Source: a virus (lineage: Duplodnaviria; Heunggongvirae; Uroviricota; Caudoviricetes). From it: a stretch of 26,494 bases of DNA. The stretch lies in IMG/VR virus record IMGVR_UViG_3300045988_034764; one strand, written 5' to 3'. The first letter of the stretch is position 1, and every line of letters starts with the position of its first letter. A program made the translations under genes and the position numbers. A model generated the notes under the pieces. It made no database searches, had not been told where the DNA came from, and worked only from the letters and a program-made list of their open reading frames with translations. Shown here in pieces: positions 8,396-13,948 of this stretch.

Positions 8396-8541
8396 TTCTT
8401 CTCTCCTGCATAAGCTGCTTTAAGTGTCTGCATCGCGGCGAACCAGAACGCGGCCGCTGGGATGCTGTTGCTAAGGTTACTGACGGCGATGCGGGCCATC
8501 AGTTGTGCATCTTTGAATGCTTCGACATCTGTGATTTTCAT
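8392..8541 (-). CDS. Hypothetical small protein (49 aa), not in ORF track
   Basis: ATG with GGAG SD; stop overlaps next start; first gene after a minus-strand promoter. Confidence 0.35.
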   Translation of the reverse strand: MKITDVEAFKDAQLMARIAVSNLSNSIPAAAFWFAAMQTLKAAYAGEKK

Positions 8542-8574
8542 CTTCTCTACTCCGTTCTCGTTGTCGATGGAGTA

Positions 8575-8603
8575 AATATAATTGGTGTAAGAGTAATAGT
8601 CAA
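8575..8603 (-). promoter_or_regulatory. sigma70-like promoter for the small-gene array
   Basis: On minus strand TTGACT (8598-8603), 17-bp spacer, TATATT (8575-8580); about 30 nt upstream of the first ORF. Confidence 0.4.
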
Positions 8604-8624
8604 CTAGTCATAGCAGAAAATAGA

Positions 8625-8657
8625 TAAAAAAAATCCCGGCTGGGTCAGGGCCGGGAT
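8625..8657 (-). terminator. Intrinsic terminator after the lysis cassette
   Basis: 8-bp stem ATCCCGGC/GCCGGGAT with 9-nt loop, followed on the minus strand by T8. Confidence 0.6.
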
Positions 8658-8721
8658 AAAACTGGAGAGTAGAGGGATGGAACAGGAGGTGATTTAAGTA
8701 TCGTCGGATTAGTCTTAGGTG

Positions 8722-9210
8722 TCAACCTTTCACCGTGCGCCCAATAGCCTCTGCCTCTTGCCACGGCTTACCGTCGAACAACGCCAGACGACCCGCAGTA
8801 CGGCGACGCAGACCGAGTAGTGGTTTGCCGTTCTGGTTGATGAACAACGCCAGCTTAGCACGCAGCGTCGCAATATCACCGGAACGCAGGGCCTTGCCAG
8901 TGCCGGTAGTAACTGCAATCACGCCAGCACCAGCGTTATAGACCAGGTCGCATACTGCATCGAACTGCGCCTGTGTCAAGGAGTGGTGCGCTGCAGCGTC
9001 AACCGCAGCTACGGCTTTAGCCATATCACGATTCAGTAATAGGAGGCCTTGCCCGGGAGTGATGGTCTTACCTGGGGTTACGTCCGGTCCGTAATGACCG
9101 TAACCAATAGTCAGGTACTTCTCGTTCGGGGTAGCGCGGTACGCGGTTCTACGGAATCCCTCGAACGCGGCGGTGAAATGCAACCCATTATCTGAAATGT
9201 TTCGAGACAC
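8722..9210 (-). CDS. Endolysin, GH24 phage lysozyme family
   Basis: Motif pattern FEGFRRTAYRATPNEKYLTIGYGH typical of T4/P22-type lysozymes; start moved to GTG with GGAGGA SD 8 nt upstream (track start is TTG). Confidence 0.8.
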   Translation of the reverse strand: MSRNISDNGLHFTAAFEGFRRTAYRATPNEKYLTIGYGHYGPDVTPGKTITPGQGLLLLNRDMAKAVAAVDAAAHHSLTQAQFDAVCDLVYNAGAGVIAVTTGTGKALRSGDIATLRAKLALFINQNGKPLLGLRRRTAGRLALFDGKPWQEAEAIGRTVKG

Positions 9211-9460
9211 GCTTATGTCCTCCGTATGACAGCCACGCCTGACGAATCTGACGCAGCGCAACTAATGTGATTAATGTCTCAGGCAGCGTAGGCGACATGC
9301 TGCCCTGTAGCAGGTGGATACATCCGGCGGCGCAGACGATAGCGGTCAGGATATAGAGCACCCGACCAAATAGTCCGTCATCCACGCTGGGATGATATAC
9401 ATTAAACAGCGATGTGCCCCCTATTGCCAGCATACCGCCGAACCAGAATAACTCATTCAT
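9188..9460 (-). CDS. Lysis-associated membrane protein (holin/antiholin-like, 2 TM)
   Basis: Start moved to ATG with GAGGAGG SD; two hydrophobic helices; overlaps endolysin start by 23 nt. Confidence 0.5.
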   Translation of the reverse strand: MNELFWFGGMLAIGGTSLFNVYHPSVDDGLFGRVLYILTAIVCAAGCIHLLQGSMSPTLPETLITLVALRQIRQAWLSYGGHKRVSKHFR

Positions 9461-9761
9461 CTGGGCCTCCTCGACGTGGGATGTATTCTCCGGCGACGAT
9501 ACCGGAGAGACGGGAATAGATAGGCATCCAGAGAACCGCGATGATGAAGCCCAGGCCCGCGATTTCACGGTCGCCCGTGATACCGAACCATTGAGCCGCG
9601 AGAGGTGCGCCAAATACGGCGCAGGTGAAGCCAGTTGCAATAAAGCAGAAGCCGTCGATAGGGCCAGAAATAACGGACTTATGTTGTCGTAGTCCGATGA
9701 CCCCTCCGGCGAGTGCGGCAGCGAGAAGCCAGCCTGTCACTGTTTCAGTAAATTTATCCAA
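9453..9761 (-). CDS. Holin-like membrane protein (about 3 TM)
   Basis: 102 aa; TTG start with GGAGGA SD 6 nt upstream; hydrophobic helices and charged C-terminus; immediately upstream of the lysis genes. Confidence 0.5.
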   Translation of the reverse strand: MDKFTETVTGWLLAAALAGGVIGLRQHKSVISGPIDGFCFIATGFTCAVFGAPLAAQWFGITGDREIAGLGFIIAVLWMPIYSRLSGIVAGEYIPRRGGPDE

Positions 9762-9820
9762 GATGAATCCTCCAGGTGCGTATTAAGTATGCAGTAACTG
9801 GAGGATACCACGGGTAGGAA

Positions 9821-10261
9821 TTATCCTAATAGTTGTTTGGTAATAATCTTGCCGCCGGTGTTAGTGTCAAACTTCGATGCAACGGCTACACCGCCATGTG
9901 CTGAATATTCACATTCCATGGCCGCCAGTGCGTAGGGAGAACCGGAACCAACGGCGGCAAAGCTATCGGCAATCGGAATAACCGAACTAAGTGCGCAATC
10001 CCACGATTTATAAAACGAGACTTTATACACCTTTTCTGTGTCTTTCACGAATACCAGAGCTTCGAAATCAAAATCATAGTGCTTTGCCTGAAGAATATCA
10101 GGGCAATCGATAAGCATAGCCCCTACCCCCGCATCGCCCGCTACCCCGATAACAGCAAAATCATTCTCATATATCTTTGTGTCTGTGTTGTAACAGTTAC
10201 TTCCGCACACAACACGTGTATCGCAGGCCATTGTCTTTCCATCAAACGCGATTGTAGTCAT
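9821..10261 (-). CDS. HslV-like / proteasome beta-type Ntn-hydrolase peptidase
   Basis: 146 aa; N-terminal MTTIAF (Thr nucleophile after Met removal) and VGSGSPYALAAM resembling HslV IGSGGPYAQAAA; GGAGG SD. Confidence 0.6.
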   Translation of the reverse strand: MTTIAFDGKTMACDTRVVCGSNCYNTDTKIYENDFAVIGVAGDAGVGAMLIDCPDILQAKHYDFDFEALVFVKDTEKVYKVSFYKSWDCALSSVIPIADSFAAVGSGSPYALAAMECEYSAHGGVAVASKFDTNTGGKIITKQLLG

Positions 10262-10551
10262 TTGTGCCTCCAGATGTATTGGCGTCTCTGCGGTTTCGTC
10301 GGAATATCATCGTATCCCAGCGATTTCCAGTAATTAAATAGCCGATTAGCGATAGCGGCGCGTTCCTGTGTTTTAAACTCACCGAGATTAACGGCCTTCC
10401 CGTTCTGGAATCCGCAGTCGCGGACAGCTTTACGTCTGGCCTGAATCTCAGGGTACAGCGCGTTACCCCGACGCTTGTATATCTGTGTTTTAGCTCTCGG
10501 TGACAGCGGCACAAGGCCGCTACGTTTCAGGATGTCAGTTGCAAGGCTCAT
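10258..10551 (-). CDS. Hypothetical basic protein (97 aa)
   Basis: ATG with AGGAGA SD; ATGA overlap with HslV-like gene. Confidence 0.5.
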   Translation of the reverse strand: MSLATDILKRSGLVPLSPRAKTQIYKRRGNALYPEIQARRKAVRDCGFQNGKAVNLGEFKTQERAAIANRLFNYWKSLGYDDIPTKPQRRQYIWRHK

Positions 10552-10769
10552 CACTTCTCCTGTTTACCAAGTCGCTTAGGTGAGCAGATAGCTCGTACCT
10601 CTGAATCGTTGGGCTTGTCACCCTGAAACAGGAAGTGCGCGTTCTCTGCGGCGCGTGCCGCTGACTGGCACGCCTCCATCGAGTAAAACGTTTCTGCTGC
10701 CGCTAGTTGCATCTGACCCGCGGACAGCACCCAGATAAATAAGATGCTGGTCATCTCTTTAGCCCGCAT
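10551..10769 (-). CDS. Small secreted protein (signal-peptide-like N-terminus)
   Basis: 72 aa; positive n-region, hydrophobic core, AAA-E cleavage-like site; alternative start at 10754. Confidence 0.45.
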   Translation of the reverse strand: MRAKEMTSILFIWVLSAGQMQLAAAETFYSMEACQSAARAAENAHFLFQGDKPNDSEVRAICSPKRLGKQEK

Positions 10770-11374
10770 TTAATGCACATACGTGGAAACCCGACTCCGT
10801 AAAATTGCCATTCGTGTTCACACTCTGGCTTGACTACACGGTAGCGGGTAATGTCACCACGCCATCCGCGATGGTCCCAGCGCAGCTCCCCCGCTACTCC
10901 AGGTTCACATGCACTGGTCCCGTCACGCATCCTGATTTGTACAATAGTATCTTTCGGCACCGGACACTCACCACCTTCCCACTTAACCCACGGTTCCGTG
11001 ATATGCGCATCCTCTTTACGGCAGCCAGATCGCTCGGGGACAAGCGCACCCTTGCGCGCAAGTTTGTACGCCTCTGCATCACCGGTAGCGGTAGCCAGTC
11101 GTTTTACCAGGTCATCAACTTGCGCTTGAAAGCGCAACGCGTCATTACGATATGCGGACGATTGCCCGGTCATATGTGATATGTGCTCGGATTTCCTAAT
11201 GTTGTCTTCCTGCAACTCCTTAATCTGCGCCGACGCATCACGTAACTGATTCTTAAGTGACAGCACCTCATGCGCCAGGTCTTCGCACTGTTGCTTGTGC
11301 ACCTTACGTTCGTCCAGTGTTAGGTGCATTGCCGCTACCAAGTACTCGAATACTTCGTTTTTGTTACTCATCAT
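10751..11374 (-). CDS. Coiled-coil protein with Cys-rich C-terminal domain (hypothetical)
   Basis: 207 aa from ATG (track start is TTG at 11377); N-terminal heptad-like region; C-terminal C-x-H...C-x2-C cluster. Confidence 0.55.
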   Translation of the reverse strand: MMSNKNEVFEYLVAAMHLTLDERKVHKQQCEDLAHEVLSLKNQLRDASAQIKELQEDNIRKSEHISHMTGQSSAYRNDALRFQAQVDDLVKRLATATGDAEAYKLARKGALVPERSGCRKEDAHITEPWVKWEGGECPVPKDTIVQIRMRDGTSACEPGVAGELRWDHRGWRGDITRYRVVKPECEHEWQFYGVGFPRMCIKCGLKR

Positions 11375-11483
11375 CAACCCCCATTGTTATCGCTTTAGTG
11401 TCGCCGTCGCACACAGAAGTGCTACCCATTATTTCGTAAGCATCTACCAGTTCGCCTAAGGTCCAGCTACCGTACCAACCCAT
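11364..11483 (-). CDS. Hypothetical small protein (39 aa), not in ORF track
   Basis: ATG with AGGAGA SD about 30 nt downstream of a promoter copy; coordinates approximate. Confidence 0.3.
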   Translation of the reverse strand: MGWYGSWTLGELVDAYEIMGSTSVCDGDTKAITMGVDDE

Positions 11484-11509
11484 CTTCTGTCTCTCCTCTC
11501 GTTTGTGTA

Positions 11510-11545
11510 AATGAATAGTAGCCTATTCTATTTTAGTGTGCAAGT
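11510..11545 (-). promoter_or_regulatory. sigma70-like promoter with operator motif (copy A)
   Basis: On minus strand TTGCAC, 17-bp spacer, TACTAT; core TGAATAGTAGCCTATTCTA; positions approximate (+/- 3 nt). Confidence 0.4.
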
Positions 11546-11550
11546 AAATT

Positions 11551-11724
11551 TTATCGGTGTGTTATAGAGTCGATGAACGCCAGTAACTCGCGCTCCGCTT
11601 CTGCTTCTCTTTCCTCAAGCGACCAGGTAGCGGATTCCTCTGTTGCCGTCGCTAAATCTGTTTTTACATCAATCATCGTATCTATTAACGCGATTAGTCG
11701 TTCAGCCTGTTCTTTAGTAATCAT
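11551..11724 (-). CDS. Hypothetical acidic small protein (57 aa), not in ORF track
   Basis: ATG with GGGAGA SD; preferred over the overlapping low-complexity plus-strand ORF 11573-11785 because all neighbours are minus-strand. Confidence 0.35.
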   Translation of the reverse strand: MITKEQAERLIALIDTMIDVKTDLATATEESATWSLEEREAEAERELLAFIDSITHR

Positions 11725-11848
11725 TGTTGCATCTCCCGCAATAGTCGCTTCGATTGTTGCGTTTGGTGAAATAGAACAAAAATGAGAAAAATGATACGCT
11801 GCTGTGTAGCAGCGTAAGTCACTCAGTAAAATCCCAAACTATTGAACA

Positions 11849-12052
11849 TCACACTTCCGGCGGCCCAGGTAACGGCATCCAGTGGGAAAACACTTCCTGC
11901 TCTAATTCCCCGTAGTCAGCACGGAAATCACACCAAGTTACCCCATCCCACTCGTACACATTGTTCTGGACCACACCACCCATACTACTGACGACCAAAA
12001 CTGGTTGGCCCGGCTCCGGCATCCGCTCACTACACTTAATCCACTCTCCCAT
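11849..12052 (-). CDS. DUF551-like phage protein
   Basis: 67 aa; pattern WIKCSERMPEPGQPVLV...HWMPLPGPP typical of DUF551 proteins. Confidence 0.6.
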   Translation of the reverse strand: MGEWIKCSERMPEPGQPVLVVSSMGGVVQNNVYEWDGVTWCDFRADYGELEQEVFSHWMPLPGPPEV

Positions 12053-12055
12053 ATC

Positions 12056-12199
12056 TCACCTCTGATTCGCGATAAACAACACACCAGCTTTCCACGCCCG
12101 CCACGCGAGACGCGTCTTAACGTTCAGGTACTCTTTCTTCGAACCCTTGTTAACCGGCAGACCCTCAACGACGGCCCATCGTTCGAATGCTTCTCTCAT
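12056..12199 (-). CDS. Hypothetical small protein (47 aa), not in ORF track
   Basis: Exactly fills the gap between two flanking genes in frame with an ATG; weak SD. Confidence 0.3.
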   Translation of the reverse strand: MREAFERWAVVEGLPVNKGSKKEYLNVKTRLAWRAWKAGVLFIANQR

Positions 12200-12202
12200 A
12201 CC

Positions 12203-12451
12203 TTAGTCCTCATCGTCGTTCTCTCTTCCTAGATATGAAAGAGATGTAATCGCGGCAGCGGTAAATCCATCACAATCAATCATACGTTTAAGTTTCTCCG
12301 CATCCTCCTGCGATTTTATTCGGAAACATAGTTGTGCTACCCCCGCCACCGAAGACCTGCCACCCTCTGATACGGCGTTATAGTGATAAACATATATATA
12401 TATTTCATACCAACCCCCAAAACGCGCGCACCACATAGACGTCACTGACAA
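12203..12451 (-). CDS. Hypothetical protein (82 aa; start uncertain)
   Basis: Track ORF with TTG start; contains a (TA)n microsatellite translated as YEIYIYVY; coding status uncertain. Confidence 0.3.
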   Translation of the reverse strand: MSVTSMWCARFGGWYEIYIYVYHYNAVSEGGRSSVAGVAQLCFRIKSQEDAEKLKRMIDCDGFTAAAITSLSYLGRENDDED

Positions 12452-12462
12452 TTAAAATAAAC

Positions 12463-12756
12463 TTATCCACGGCAACCTCCCTCAGAGTCGTCGGCACTGG
12501 CATCATGATTCGATGCCGTTCGCATAAACAGCTTACCTTTGCGCTGTAACAAATCCATCGTCACCGCACCAGCCCCTGACTTATTAGGGCGGCGCATTAG
12601 ACTAAAATTCCACACCCTGGCCTTTGTTACATCCCGGGCGTTACACACCCACAAAGCACCATTTTCTCTCAGGTCCAGCAAATCAGAAATGTTTAAATTA
12701 TTTACCGGGATAAACCCACTAATGAACTGGCGTTCGCATTGCGGTAATTCTTCCAT
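12463..12756 (-). CDS. Hypothetical protein (97 aa)
   Basis: ATG one codon after the track GTG start; first sizeable gene downstream of promoter copy B. Confidence 0.5.
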   Translation of the reverse strand: MEELPQCERQFISGFIPVNNLNISDLLDLRENGALWVCNARDVTKARVWNFSLMRRPNKSGAGAVTMDLLQRKGKLFMRTASNHDASADDSEGGCRG

Positions 12757-12972
12757 CACTTCGCCCCTTTGAATTTAAAATTGTTGCCGATGAGTTTTAT
12801 CCCGTCCTCCCGGACCCATAAATCGAAACACCATTCTGGATGCGCGAGATAGCATAACCCAGGAACTTAATTCGAAACTCGTTTAATTATTGCGTAATGT
12901 CCGCCGCGTTTCGTTTTCACCAACTGACCCTTCTTAAACATAACCCTCACTCCTCTGTCTCGTTTCGATAAG

Positions 12973-13006
12973 TGAATAGTATCCTATTATATTGGGGTGT
13001 GCAAGA
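12973..13006 (-). promoter_or_regulatory. sigma70-like promoter with operator motif (copy B)
   Basis: On minus strand TTGCAC (12999-13004), 17-bp spacer, TACTAT (12976-12981); core TGAATAGTATCCTATTATA at 12973-12991. Confidence 0.45.
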
Positions 13007-13362
13007 GAATAGTTACGTTGCCGTTGTGATTCTTTCGTTTCTTAAAAGAGTACGCAACGCAGTGGGTGGGCGTTAGCCCACCCCAGCGGAGTGAAGTACT
13101 CTCTACCTTGTTTACGGCAATTATAGAAACTTTTAATTATCAGTGACTTGGGTATTTAGGCGGGATTAACAATAGACTTTGGCCCTTCCGAAAGCGCCAG
13201 CGGAACTACACTCAAGTGCCTAATGGCACGCGTTGCGTTCCCTGCCGCTCCGCGGTCGCTTGCGATATCTCACAAGCTCAGTGAAGCTTAGCATATTTTT
13301 AAGTAAAAGTCAATACCAGTAGCATCTTTTGTATCTTAGTAACTTTGTGTGGCGTTTTGGTT

Positions 13363-13391
13363 GCTTTTACATTCCCGCTATCCTATACTCA
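13363..13391 (+). promoter_or_regulatory. sigma70-like promoter for the plus-strand replication module
   Basis: TTGCTT, 17-bp spacer, TATACT, about 30 nt upstream of the ATG at 13421. Confidence 0.4.
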
Positions 13392-13420
13392 GCTTCACCA
13401 AACAAACAGGAGATATAAAA

Positions 13421-13603
13421 ATGCAGCATTACATGACCCAGAATGAAGTAGCAGAACGTATCGGGGTGACCCGTCAGACAATTAATAACTGGTTGCGCAG
13501 TGGTAAATTCCCGGATTGCTGTATTAAGGTTATGGGCCGCCGTTTACCGGGTACATTTGACCGTAATAAAGTTGAAGCGTGGATTAAGGAGAACGTGAAA
13601 TGA
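13421..13603 (+). CDS. AlpA/excisionase-type helix-turn-helix DNA-binding protein
   Basis: Start moved to ATG with AGGAG SD (track start lies inside the promoter); MTQNEVAERIGVTRQTINNWLRSGKFP matches the AlpA-family HTH pattern. Confidence 0.7.
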   Translation: MQHYMTQNEVAERIGVTRQTINNWLRSGKFPDCCIKVMGRRLPGTFDRNKVEAWIKENVK

Positions 13604-13890
13604 AAGGTGTAATATTCCATGATAAAGAGAACGACAATTCTTATATGGTCTATTTAGTGCAAGGCAAGTACGCGTTGTGTTTTAACGTTTCTTGTAAGCT
13701 GGACTCTTATTCGCCGTTTTGCGTTACAGAAGAATTGCAGTTGATTAGTCTCCGAAGACTCAGCACAATGTCGGCCTCCATTGATGTCTCTGACCACTTA
13801 TCGTACGTTTATCAGTATTTCGGCGATGAGATTGTCGTAGATTATTATCGTAAGTACGCACATTTGATGGAATGCCTGGCCAATAGATAA
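13600..13890 (+). CDS. Hypothetical protein (96 aa)
   Basis: ATGA overlap with upstream gene; no recognisable motif. Confidence 0.55.
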   Translation: MKGVIFHDKENDNSYMVYLVQGKYALCFNVSCKLDSYSPFCVTEELQLISLRRLSTMSASIDVSDHLSYVYQYFGDEIVVDYYRKYAHLMECLANR

Positions 13891-13948
13891 AAGAAAGCCC
13901 CGACGCGTGAACGCCGAGGCCAAATTACTTGCTGAAGGAATATACAAT

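Noticed and set aside
11573-11785. Plus-strand 70-aa Ser/Ala-rich ORF
   Set aside because: Low-complexity product; the minus strand carries a 57-aa ORF with a GGGAGA ribosome-binding site in an entirely minus-strand region
12005-12232. Plus-strand 75-aa ORF with TTG start
   Set aside because: Overlaps the DUF551-like gene on the other strand; no ribosome-binding site; proline/arginine-rich junk translation
13349-13420. Upstream extension of the AlpA-like ORF (track start at 13349)
   Set aside because: The extension is a GTG start covering the predicted promoter; the ATG at 13421 has an AGGAG ribosome-binding site and gives a typical 60-aa AlpA-like protein
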